Positions 39,731 to 50,830 of a stretch of DNA of 64,000 nucleotides are shown here, piece after piece. The stretch comes from Rhina ancylostomus (lineage: Eukaryota): contig JARFYF010000053.1 of NCBI GenBank assembly GCA_030265395.1, positions 16,081,194-16,145,193 of the forward strand, given 5' to 3'. How positions within the stretch are numbered: position 1 is the stretch's first letter; every line of letters begins with the position of its first letter. Position numbers and translations under genes: made by a program. The notes under the pieces were generated by a model. The model was not told the origin of the DNA, searched no databases, and saw nothing but the letters and a program-made list of their open reading frames with translations.

Positions 39731-40596
39731 NNNNNNNNNNNNNNNNNNNNNNNNNNNNNNNNNNNNNNNNNNNNNNNNNNNNNNNNNNNNNNNNNNNNNN
39801 NNNNNNNNNNNNNNNNNNNNNNNNNNNNNNNNNNNNNNNNNNNNNNNNNNNNNNNNNNNNNNNNNNNNNNNNNNNNNNNNNNNNNNNNNNNNNNNNNNNN
39901 NNNNNNNNNNNNNNNNNNNNNNNNNNNNNNNNNNNNNNNNNNNNNNNNNNNNNNNNNNNNNNNNNNNNNNNNNNNNNNNNNNNNNNNNNNNNNNNNNNNN
40001 NNNNNNNNNNNNNNNNNNNNNNNNNNNNNNNNNNNNNNNNNNNNNNNNNNNNNNNNNNNNNNNNNNNNNNNNNNNNNNNNNNNNNNNNNNNNNNNNNNNN
40101 NNNNNNNNNNNNNNNNNGAAGTGGCAAGTGGCGTGAATTTGACCATTTTCCCCAAGTTATGAAGTTTACATTGCAAGATTCTGCTAATGTGAGCAGATAA
40201 TGTTACGGGGCTTGTGAGACCTGTCTCCTTAACTAAAACTTGTAAAGGATAGAGGAAGGAACAGAGTTAACAAAGAAGGAATAAAATAAAAACAAACATG
40301 CTTGAAATTCAGCAATTCAGATAACATCCACAGAGAAATGGTTAACGCTTCTGGTTGATGAACTTTCATTGGAATATTGAGCTGAAATTTTAACTTGCTT
40401 CTCTTTCCACAGATGCTGTCTTAACTGTTGAGTATTTTCAGGATTTCAGATTTCCAGCTTTTTCAATATTTGTCATTGTAGCAGAGGAGGTTAATTAGTT
40501 AAAGCAGGAGAAATAAAGACAGGGAATGATAGAGGATTAAGAGAGTGAATGAAAAGGCGAACAAGAGAATGAAAGGAAAAAAAAAATGAGAAACAT

Positions 40597-41001
40597 TGTC
40601 GCAGAAATTCTATTTAATCTATAATAAAGACGATTACTCTGAGTTTAGTTCCAAGGCTTTATTTATGCATGGTACCATGGAGAGTGAGCGGCGATCTCCA
40701 CCCTCATCCAGGTTCTAACATACAGCTGGTTACAAGCTTATTTTATACTTTGAGATAACAGCTTATCCTGTTATTGTTTCAGTTACAGTTGTAACATACT
40801 TAATCATTAGTCCTTGTGTTACAAAAATTGGAACTAGCCAGTTCCCCTTCTTAGTGCACCAACTCGCATCCTGTTTATTATGAAAAGTCAAGTTTCAGCA
40901 GTTTCTGTCGAACAGCTGACTGTAGGCCTAGTTCCCTTATACAATGTCAAATATCCCATCAGCCCCAGCATAGTCAAAGAAGGCTATTTTATTCTTGCAC
41001 A
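40597..41001 (-). mobile_element. Solo LTR, 405 bp
   Basis: TGT...ACA termini, 5-bp target-site duplication AACAT (40592-40596, 41002-41006). Minus-strand TATAAAA (40741-40747) upstream of AATAAA (40658-40663). Confidence 0.8.
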
Positions 41002-41539
41002 AACATTAAAAATAATAACCAGAAGTGATTTACAAAAATGGCTCCAGAAGTATTTTGCAGAGAGACTAGAGAATTGTCTACAGTGCGGAGATAGTTAAGA
41101 AAAGATTTGAGAATGTTCAAAGGGACATTGTTTCTAGTGGCAGAACAGTCAGTAACCAAAGGACACAGATTTAATCGACTGACCAAGGATTCAGAGAAAA
41201 TATGTTCTTTCCGCCACCAGTTGGTGTGAGCTAAAATGAAATATCTCAAAGACTGAGATAAGCAGCATCATTTGTAAAGTTCAAAAGAAATTTGATAAAC
41301 ACTTGAAGGAAATAAAGTTACAGGGAGAGGAGAAAAGGGCATGGAGTGAAATTAATTGTTTAACTCTGCTAAGGATCCAGCATAGGTATAATGTGCTGAA
41401 TGAACTCCTTGTGATCTTTCTATGATTCTAAGAAGAGGGCATGATAAGCCAGTTGTCTGAGAATGCAGCGTTGGTCCTTCATGTTTGAATTACACGTCCT
41501 GACAAATATGTTAGACTGTAGGGAGTCCTGTCACGTGAA

Positions 41540-41730
41540 TCAAAGTGCACCCATGTCCTAACATGCATGTAACATTGCATTCCTGTCTTGTCACTTGTGT
41601 CCTGAGATGTGCATTGCATTCCTGTTCTGATCTAATGCACAGTGTACTTATGCCCTGACCTGTCTATAACAGTGCACCTGACACACTAATGCAGTGTTGC
41701 CTCATAACTGAGATAACATTGTGTCATAAA
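41540..41730. repeat. Degenerate short-unit repeat upstream of exon 3
   Basis: Recurring cattgcattcctgt, cagtg(t/c)ac and cctgac motifs. Confidence 0.45.
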
Positions 41731-41841
41731 ATACTTCATATTGCTCTGCATTTCTTTAAATTAACCAGGTAAATGTAAGGTTGTATGACAATGATGCATT
41801 ATGTGCAAAGTACTGACCAGAAATTGTGTATGTCTTCCAAG

Positions 41842-41997
41842 ACTCAAAACAGAATGGTGATGCGAATGTAGCCTTATCCGATGAGGAAAGCACGGCACTG
41901 AACCAGCCATTGACACCTGACGAGAATCGGACTCTCAAGCGTTCCACCACCAAGGACAGAACCAAAAGAGGATCTGCCTGCTTCTTACTGACTTCTG
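41842..41997 (+). CDS. KCNC4: Kv3.4 coding exon 3 (3' end at inferred donor 41997; read-through stops at TGA 42030-42032)
   Basis: Acceptor tgtcttccaAG|AC in phase 1. Encodes DSKQNGDANVALSDEE...LKRSTTKDRTKRGSACFLLTS, matching Kv3.4 exon 3 (DSKQNGDANAVLSDEE...RRSTTRDRNKKAAACFLL, recalled). Consensus phase-1 donor CTG|GTGAGT at 41997/41998. Confidence 0.85.
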
Positions 41998-42026
41998 GTG
42001 AGTTTACCTGCTTTCACAAAGGAGAG

Positions 42027-42989
42027 TGCTGATATATAGAGGGATCTTGGTGTCCAAGTTCATAGCTTTCTCAAAGTGGCCGCACAAGTTGATAGGGTGG
42101 TAAAGAAGGCATATGGCATGCTTGTCTTTATTAGTTGAGGCACTGAGTTCAAGAGTCAGGGAGTTATGTTGCAGCTTTATAAAGCTCTGGTTAGAGTTAG
42201 GCCAGATCTGGAGTATTGCATTCAGTTCAGGTCACCTCATTATAGCAAGGATGTGAGGCTTTGCAGAGAGCACTAAAGAGGTTTACCAGGATGCTGCCTG
42301 GATGAGAGGGCACGTACTATAAGGAGAGGCTGGACACATTAGAGTTGTTTTCTCTGGAGCAGCAAAGGCTGAGGGGAGACCTGACAGAAGTCTGTAAAAT
42401 TATGAGAGGCATAGACAGACTAGCCATTATCTTTCTCCTAGGGTTGAAATATCTAATACTATAGGGCATGCATTTAAGGTGAGGGGGGAAAGTTCCAAGG
42501 AGATGGTAGGGGAATTTTTTTACATGGAGAGTGGAGGGTATCCAGAATGTGCCGCCAAGGGTGGTAGTGGAGGCAAATATGATAGTGTAGCAGCTAGCTA
42601 CACTGAGTAAAGACACGAGACAATTGTTTGAAGTGAGAGTTAAATGAACGACCGGGGCATGCTGCCCCTTTAATACTCACTGTTCCCACGCTGACGTCAC
42701 ATGTGGGTCACGTGACCTTCCCGCATGCGGGCTTTCCTAGCCCAACGAAGAAGAAGGAATGCCCTGTGCCATCTTGGATTGGGGCCTCCGACGATGATCG
42801 CGGGAGCCAGTTTGTTATCGGTAAATCGCTACAATAGAGGCATTTAAGAGGCTCTTAGATAGGAACATGAATATGGAGGGATATGGACCATGTGCAGGCA
42901 GAAAGGATTAGTGTAATTAGACATCATTGGCTTAATTAGTTCGGCATATTGTGGGCTGAAGGGTCTGCTCCTGTGCTGTACTCTTCTGT
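42027..42989 (+). mobile_element. 5'-truncated CR1 LINE inserted in KCNC4 exon 3
   Basis: Same family as 12230-13520 (shared ggcatgcttg.ctt.attagttgaggca, gttatg.tgcagctttataaagc). CR1 3' end gggctgaagggtctgctcctgtgctgtactcttctgt. Flanked by GAGAG at 42022-42026 and 42990-42994. Confidence 0.9.
42586..42833 (-). mobile_element. Solo LTR (Gypsy-like), 248 bp, nested in the CR1
   Basis: Termini TGTAGC...GCTACA (6-bp inverted repeat). 4-bp TSD ATAG (42582-42585, 42834-42837). CR1 sequence is continuous across it. CpG-rich. Confidence 0.88.
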
Positions 42990-43159
42990 GAGAGAGGAAG
43001 GGCTCACAGTTGTTTCAGTTAGATGCAGTAAATACAGCAATTAGGAGCTGGCTGACTGAGTAGAATTTCATCTACATCCACAAGCTCTCAACTGCTTATG
43101 TACACTCACAAATACTAACACACACATGGGCACACTCAAAGAAAGACATGTTTTAGGAT

Positions 43160-43410
43160 GTTCCAAAGAATTAATGAGATACTTTTGAAATGTCACTTCT
43201 GATGTGAGGTTGAAAACATGTCAGCACAGCAAGATTCCACAAAATGGCAGTGTGACAGGGAGCAGATGGTGTTTTTTTTGTAGTACTGATTGACTGACAC
43301 CATGTTAACTAACTCCTTTTTGAAAGGAATATCTATGTCCATCTGTGGCCTCAGTTTGATGCCTTCCCTGACAGGATGGTTCTTATTCAACACAGCCTAG
43401 ATTTTTACCT
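43160..43410 (-). mobile_element. Deu-domain SINE relic
   Basis: tacttttgaaatgt...cacagcaagattccacaaa...tccatctgtggcctcagtttgatg, the reverse of the motif at 55400-55580. Confidence 0.5.
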
Positions 43411-43488
43411 AGTCAGCCTTGAATTTTGTTGTCAAGAAACACATGCAAAACTCACACGAAACAAACCATCTCCCTCTCTCCCTCTCAC

Positions 43489-43523
43489 TCACACACAGAC
43501 ACACACACAGACACACACACACA
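43489..43523. repeat. (CA)n microsatellite, interrupted
   Basis: cacacacagacacacacacagacacacacacacac. Confidence 0.9.
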
Positions 43524-43671
43524 CCATGTTTGTTGGTCCAATTCCACTTTGCATTGTCTGGTTTTCCCTATCCTGTCATTTGACCCATAAGTTCATAAGC
43601 CCAAGAATTTGTCAGGGATTCCTATGTTTTATTTATGTTGTACTTTCTCCTGTTTCATTCCTAATATGCAG

Positions 43672-43733
43672 ACAACTGCAAAGATGCCCTCACAGCTAAT
43701 TACTCTCAAGCAGAAGTGGTCACTCTTTCATAA
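43672..43733 (+). CDS. KCNC4: Kv3.4 terminal coding exon (D)NCKDALTANYSQAEVVTLS*
   Basis: Polypyrimidine tract and atgcAG|AC acceptor in phase 1. Peptide resembles the recalled Kv3.4 end ETCQDALSSNYAQAEVLTLS and Kv3.2 end DNCKEVVITGYTQAEARSLT. Tandem stops TAA TAG. Joining the four exons gives 1782 nt, 593 aa. Confidence 0.9.
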
Positions 43734-44700
43734 TAGAGGGCAGAGGGCGAGCTGTCATGCTTCATCTAAAGTCCTGCAATGACAGAGGACCAAGGGAGGT
43801 TCCAGATTTTCGCAAACAATTTTGAAGATCAGAAGCTTTGAACTAACAAGCACTCATAAACTAGTAAATTTGTTGTAATATATATATACATTTAATCCTG
43901 TAAAAGCATGAATGCATGGTGGTTCTGTAAATTATGTATTATGAAGAAAAAGCTATATATATATTATATATAAACATTTCTATATAAATTAGAGACATTT
44001 GTTAACATCTAGATCATAATGTGCAAAAACCTTTGAATTCCAGCAATAGATTGATCATCCTCATTGTAACAATTTTGTTGCACATTTTATACTTATGTAC
44101 TATTGTCTAATATTCAGTAAGAAGAGAGATGTATGAATTTACCTCAAAGTGCTTTATTGTGATGACTGTTGTGTTTCAGTTTGAGTCGTATCCTAGCAGC
44201 AGAGTTAAAATGTCAAAAGTTCTTTGAAGCTCACGTTATTTCATGTGATCTAAGTTTCTTTGCAACATTGATCCATGTCAGGTTCTTTGTTATAGAGATG
44301 AATTTAATTCTGGTGTTCTGAAGTGAATCAAAGGATGCAGCAAGAATGAAGCAATTGCCCTTGGGGTAAATCTGAAATAAGTATGGAAAATGGAAATATA
44401 CCACATTGCAGAGGAACAGCTCTAGAGCATAATCTGCTCCTGAAACATTCAGTTGCTCTAGAATGCTGACTGACCCACTGTATATTTCCAGAATGTTCTT
44501 GTTATCCTAAACTAGAAATAACTCCAGTGGGAAGCTGTGATATGGAGTGAGAGGTCAAGTTTCTGCACATGCGCCAAAAGGGTTGTCGTGCTGTTCTGTG
44601 TACTGTGTCTCTGATGTCTTAATATCATGTCTGCATGTTGTTGAGCATGAAACTCTGTGCAGCAGTGCTGGGAAGGAAATAAAGGGTTACTCTTTTCATG
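43734..44700 (+). other. Predicted 3' UTR of KCNC4
   Basis: AT-rich, largely repeat-free sequence between the stop codon and the poly(A) signal. Confidence 0.6.
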
Positions 44701-44735
44701 TTAACTTTATTTTGTTTCTTATGTTTTTTGTCTCA
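44678..44735 (+). terminator. Polyadenylation signal with downstream U/GU-rich element
   Basis: AATAAA at 44678-44683, CA about 14 nt downstream, then ttaactttattttgtttcttatgttttttgtctc. Confidence 0.65.
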
Positions 44736-44769
44736 AATTAGAGCTGTCTGCAAATATTCATGGCATCAT

Positions 44770-45275
44770 GGAAACTTGGCACAGGAAGAGGTCACTCAGC
44801 CTGATCATAGAGTAATATAGCATGGAAACAGGCCCTTTGGCCCAACTGGTCCAGGCCAACCACAATGCCCATCTGTTAGTCCCATTTGCCCCCATTTGGC
44901 CAATATCCCGCTAAACCTTTCCACTCCATGTAGCTGTCCAAGTATCTTTTAAATGTTGTTATTGTACCTCCCTCAACCACTTCCTCTGGCAACTCATTCC
45001 ATATACACACCACCCTCTGAATGAAGAAGTTGCCCCTTAGGTCCCTTTTAAATCTTTCCCCTCTCACTTTAAACCAATGCAGTCTAGTTTTTGATTCTGT
45101 TTTCCTGTTTAAAAAAAATACTGTGTGCATTCATGCTATCTATGCCCCTCATGATTTTATACACCTCTATAAGGTCAACCTTCAGTCTTTGACACTCCAA
45201 GGAACAAAGCCCTAGCCTGTCCAATCTCTCCCTATAACTCAGGCCCTCGAGTCCTGGCAACATTCTTGTAAATCA
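44770..45275 (-). mobile_element. CR1 LINE 3' end
   Basis: Minus ORF FKVRGERFKRDLRGNFFIQRVVCIWNELPEEVVEGGTITTFKRYLD is the CR1 ORF2 C-terminus. Confidence 0.92.
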
Positions 45276-47504
45276 TGCCTGTGCTAGCTTATCCAATTAG
45301 CCCAAATCCCTTTCACTTTCCCCATTGCACTACAAATATTTTCTATTCATGTATTAATTTGTTTCCTTTTTGAAAGGTAATTTCCATCTGCTTTCCTCAG
45401 GCGTTCAGGCAGTGCATCTGGCCCCATCACCATGAAAGATTAGAAATGGCTATCCTTGGAATCTCTGTTCCTGCATTCCCTTTAACATTAAACAACTTAG
45501 TTTATATTGCTTCTTTTCATACTTCCTTCAGGTGCATCGTTTCATACTTCTTGTTATTAAATATCAGCGGCCATGCATCTGTTTACTTCATTAATTTGTC
45601 TCTGTCATCCTAAAGCCGGTTACTAACCTCCTCAATGTTTACTACACTTCCCAGTTATATGTCCTCTCTAAACTTGAAATTATGCCTGTTTTTCGAAGTC
45701 TGGTTATTTAATATATGTTGAATAGACCATTAGCCATAATCCTGACCCCAGGTGCATACCAGTGCACGTTTCCAATCAGAGAAGAAGCATTCACCACAAT
45801 CCCCTGCTTCCTGACATGCAGGCAATTTTGCACCAACATTTCTTGCATTGCATGGCTTCAATTTATTCCATTCATTCTATGGCCTCAGTTTATATTGTGC
45901 ACACTTTATCAAATGCCTTTTGAAAGTTCATCTGCATAGCATCAATGCAGTGCCATTACATTATTACTCTCCATGACTTTATCGTGACATTGACCAAGTT
46001 ACCCATACAAAATCTGGCTTTCCTTCATTACACTGACCGTCAAAACAAGATTGCCTGCTGCTTGGGAGAATTCCTAATGTGTGATTGATCAATTTGCCCT
46101 GGATGCCAAGATATTGTTCAAATTAGAGTTGATAATCTAATTAAATACAAATGAACCAGGTTAGATCGTCCAAATTCGCATGGAGATGGAAGGTTCCCAG
46201 CTATCTCTTTCCCTTGGCTCCATTCTTCTTGGCTGCTATCAGCTGTATCCTGCCTTCTGATGACCTGGGTAGGAAGCTGAACTGGTGCACTTCCGCCTGG
46301 AATAGAAGGTTACTGCAAAACTTGCTACAGATGACAGACACAGACATTTGTGCTGCCTTATGCTTCTGGATGCTTGAACTTAATCAATAAGAAATCCTGT
46401 CACCTCTCTTGCATAAAACTGGAACTGCACAACAAAAAAAAATGAACCCAGCAGCCCATTCATTTCCAGTGAGCTATTAATTTTGGTCAGGTTTCTTGAT
46501 AACCTCTTATCTCGATGGATCCAAACTGGGAATCAGTTCCCTGGAAAGATGGTAAAGAAAGGAAATTATGATCCCTTCTATTGAACATTGACTAATTGGG
46601 CCATTTGAGAAAAAGAAAGAGCAAATCAAATTAAATTTCTAATCTAATGATGTACTGCAAATATCAAACTAAAATCAACCACAGAAGCTTAATGTTTTCC
46701 ATTAAAGATGAATCTATGGAATTGTCTCCTCTGAGGTAACACAATTCAGCTATCTCTGAATCACAGGTCTCTTTCAGCAACAGGCCATTTGTTTCTGATA
46801 CAGCTCAATTGTTTCAGTTACAATTCACATTATGAAATTGTTTCTATTGAAGAACATTTTACATTTATATAGAAAATATCTCAGAGCCTGATTTTTGAAA
46901 CCAGGAGCAGGTGGGAGCAGGTGTTAGGGTGGAATGTTTAGAATCAAAGTGAAAGGATATGAAAAAGGATCTTCGGTGTCACTGTTTCAGGGTGATTATG
47001 AAGAGTAATACCTGTCACAGGTTAAAATGCTTTGCTAAACATTCAGACCTTCAGTTGGGTTTGAAACTTCTTCCTTGAATCTCCCTAACTTGCTATTTCT
47101 CCCAACATTTGCAATGACCACACTTTCTGCCACGTCTGAGTGTCTGAGACAGTGTCTGGGCCTCCTGTGTTATTAGGAAGAACCTTGGATTGCTGGTAGA
47201 ATTTTTTTTCAAATTGAGATTTCTCCAACAATTACAAGATGAGAAACTTTATTACAAATACCTTATTTTGTGTTTGTCCCACAGTTGTAATAAGGTAGAC
47301 TTTATGCCGATCTCATAATTACATTAAGTAAATAGTTGGTTAGAAAGGTATGGTAATAGATAAGGCTTTACTTAGTAGACCAGAACACAGAAACTTAGAT
47401 TTGAATGGTGATTTGTCTGTTTTGTTTGGTAACAGGTGATTACATTTCGTGGTGCAATAGAAATAAAAAATGGACTGCAGGTGCCAGAAATATAATATAA
47501 AAAG

Positions 47505-47790
47505 GGAGTAGCACATGGTGAATAGTTCAATCTGACCTCCATGGCTGTCTGAGTGGAGTTTGCATGTTTTCCCTGTAACTTTGTGGGTTTTCTCCAAGTT
47601 CTCTGGTTTTCTCCAACGTCCTAAAGATTGGTAAGGTTGGTAAGGTAATTAGTCACTGTAAATTCCCCTAGCATGTAGATGAGTAGTAGAATCTGAGGCA
47701 GTTGAAGCTAATGTGGGGAAAATCAACTGGCATCCTGTTGTCCTGTGAGGACTTGGAGGGCTAAAGGACCTGCTTCCTGCTGTATGACCC
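47505..47790 (+). mobile_element. HE1-like V-SINE
   Basis: V-domain core gtggagtttgcatgttttccctgtaactttgtgggttttctcc...ggttttctccaac. Confidence 0.8.
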
Positions 47791-47791
47791 G

Positions 47792-47995
47792 AGAAAGCAG
47801 AAACTGTTGGAAAAGCTCTGCAGGTCGGGCAGCATCTATGAAAAGTACAACAGAGTCAACATTTCAGGTCGAAGACTGAGGTAGAGAGGTTGTTCTGCCA
47901 AAGGGTCTTTAAACTGAAATGTTAACTCTTTCTCTCTCTCCACAGATGCTGCCTGACCTGTGGAGAGCTTCCAGCATTTTCTGGTTTTATTTCAT
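47792..47995. mobile_element. Penelope-derived fold-back element
   Basis: Inverted arms caggtcgggcagcatct...aacatttcag / ctgaaatgtt...agatgctgcctgacctg. Similar copies at ~22525-22760, 40290-40480, 49565-49755 and 60945-61090. Confidence 0.75.
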
Positions 47996-48959
47996 GGCCA
48001 GGTATTCAGTTTATAGCCAGTGAAAATTCTTTGGATGTCATTTTACCAGATCTTTAGATCACATGACAGGGAATATTTAAGCACATTAAAAGAACTAAAA
48101 CCATTCACCCACTTCTACATCCCTTTCTTAGAAACAGTTTGATCTTTATTCACTTTTGTTTCAATTAACAACTGACCATTTATCTCTTTTACCCAGGCTC
48201 CAGGGAAACGCTTTATTGCCCCCAAAGAGAGCAAATGATCGGCCCTTAAATCACCCTGAGCTCAGAAACATGGCTGTTACTTGTAAAAATGCTCAGACTG
48301 AAAGCCTTGTTGCTAGGAAATTTCGAGGTAGGGATTTTTTTCCCACAGCTATGTTGGGGCTGTGAATTTTGCAGTGAGAATTCCTCTGAGGGAAAGAGAA
48401 AAGGGAAAAACTTTTGTTGGGTATTTTCTTTCCTATTTTTTTCTCCCTTCTGCGATTGAAATCTTGATGTTGGGGTAGGCTGATATAAATGGGCAGTTCA
48501 AGAGGAAACCGAGTATCCAGTATTAGAGCTAGATGTAATTAAAGCTGCAATTGTAATTTAGTTGGTATTTGGGGTTGGAAGACAGTGGTGGAATGAAGGT
48601 GAGAGGCAGACCCGAAGAGTGTAGAAACAAGTGAGTCCATAAGAACAGAGTGAAATTCTCTCAATGGTGTCCATTCAAGAACTCCCAGAGCAGGTACAGC
48701 ACAGGTTATTTGCAGACCAATGCTCGCCTGGTCCCATCAAGCACTCACAGAGAAATGCAGTAGAGGTTAGACAGAGTAAACCCTCTATACTGCCCCATGA
48801 CAGACTTCTAAATCCAGTTCTGCATAGTTTAGAGACAAAATAAAGGGCCCTATACTGTCGTTCATCAAACACTCCCAAGATGATTTGGCAGAAAATAGAA
48901 TGAGAACTGTCCTTGGTCCAAATGGCACAATCAATTTTTCTCTATTTCCAACAATAAAT

Positions 48960-49560
48960 TAGCCTAAGTAATAGAGTCCAATGCATCTATATATGCAGAT
49001 GATGTTGAGTTAGTAGGAATGGTTATTTCTATGGATGGAGAAAGTTGGGAAGGGACATTGATACATCATGTGCCTAAAACACACAGGAGTTCCATGCAGG
49101 GTAGCGAAAAGTCATCCAGTTTGGATCTGGGGATGACAAATAGTAATATTTTCTTAATGCCAGTGGAGGAGGAGAGAGATTTGACTGCCAATGTACAAAA
49201 ATCACAAATATAAAACAAAATCAAAACTGAAAATTGAATGTTGACCTTTATCTCAAGGGAACTCAATTCACTGGTGATGAAGTCATGTTTTAGTTTTACA
49301 GAGCCTTGGTCAGACCCCATCTGGAGTGCTGAGAGCAGGCTGAGCCACCACATCAAAGGGTATATTACATTGGCTCTTCAGTATGAAACTGAGGTGAAAT
49401 TGTCAAGAGAAGTTGCATCAACTCGATTGGAATTAAGAAGATCTGGTGTGGTTCCAGGGAAGTGCTTAAAATGATAAAAGGACTCAATAGAATATTTAGA
49501 GAGAAACTCTCTCCTTTGATGGGAGATCTGGAACAAGGTTGCATCAACTGAAAGCTAGAA
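48960..49560 (+). mobile_element. Decayed CR1 LINE
   Basis: atgcagatgatgttgagttag, gagccttggtcagaccccatctggagt, gggagatctggaacaagg. Confidence 0.65.
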
Positions 49561-50359
49561 AGTTAAAGGTGCAGGTGCTGGAGATATGCAGCAGGTCATG
49601 CAAAATCTTTGCAGAGGGGAACAGAGTTAATGTTTCAGGTCAATGAGCTTTCATTAGATAATGGTTCATTGACCTGAACTGCTAACTGTGTTTCTCTCTC
49701 CACAAATCCTGCCCGACCTGTTGAACTTTTCCAACATTTTCTGTTTGCTTTTGATGGTTTGTTCCTCGAGTAATGGAGGAATATAGAAAAAATGGTGGGT
49801 AAATTGAGTTCTGTAGATCAGTATGATCGGATTGAAATGTGGAATGGGTTTGAGGGGCAGAAAGGCCTCCATTTCTTGTGCCCTTTTTCTGGATCTGTCC
49901 CTAACCCTTAATAAGGGTATTTGGAACTTCTTGTTCCGAGGCCTCTGTTGCTAAATTACAAATTTGCTTATTTTCAGTCTACTGGCCACGTGCTGCTNNN
50001 NNNNNNNNNNNNNNNNNNNNNNNNNNNNNNNNNNNNNNNNNNNNNNNNNNNNNNNNNNNNNNNNNNNNNNNNNNNNNNNNNNNNNNNNNNNNNNNNNNNN
50101 NNNNNNNNNNNNNNNNNNNNNNNNNNNNNNNNNNNNNNNNNNNNNNNNNNNNNNNNNNNNNNNNNNNNNNNNNNNNNNNNNNNNNNNNNNNNNNNNNNNN
50201 NNNNNNNNNNNNNNNNNNNNNNNNNNNNNNNNNNNNNNNNNNNNNNTCCCTGAGGGTTATATGGGAAACTAATCAGATGTCCAAAGAATTTCGGGACTCA
50301 AACCTCTGAATTATTTGAGTCCTGGGGCCCAATACATTTCACTAAGGAGATGGTATTGT

Positions 50360-50830
50360 CCTAACACGAAAACTGGGAACAGGAGCAGACCACACATCTC
50401 CTTGAACATGTCTTGACACTCAGTAAGATCATGGCTGATCTCACCTTTGGCTTCCGCCTGCCCAACCCTCGTAGCCCTTAATTTCCCTGTTGTCCAAACC
50501 TTATCCCTCTCACCCTCGAATGTACTTAAAAACTCAGCAACTGCTACCTCCAGGTAAGGGAATACCAAAGACTCACTATCTTTTCAGCAAAGAAATTCCT
50601 CCTCTTTGCAATTTTATGTGACTGACCCCTTAGCCAGACACCATGGGTAGAGTTCTGGACTCCCTCATCCAGGGAATCATTCTCATTGCGCATTTAGTCT
50701 TAGGAACTGCCTCGTAATCTTTCAATGAGATCACTTTTCATTTTTCTAAACTCTAGAGGGTACAGGCCCAGCCTGGTCAATCTTTTCCCATGGGGCAACA
50801 TCCTTTCTCCTCCCAGGAATCAATCTAATG
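50360..50830 (-). mobile_element. CR1 LINE 3' fragment
   Basis: taagatcatggctgatct, aagaaattcctcctc, tacaggcccagcctggtcaatct. Confidence 0.7.

Noticed and set aside
3018-43733. Possibility that the gene is a pseudogene because of the exonic LINE
   Set aside because: All four exons are open with phase-compatible splice sites, and T1, S4, pore and S6 are intact.
46955-47008. GGATATGAAAAA encoding GYEK, like the start of a Kv3 alternative C-terminal exon (GYEKSRSLNNIA)
   Set aside because: Similarity ends after four residues and there is no polypyrimidine tract.
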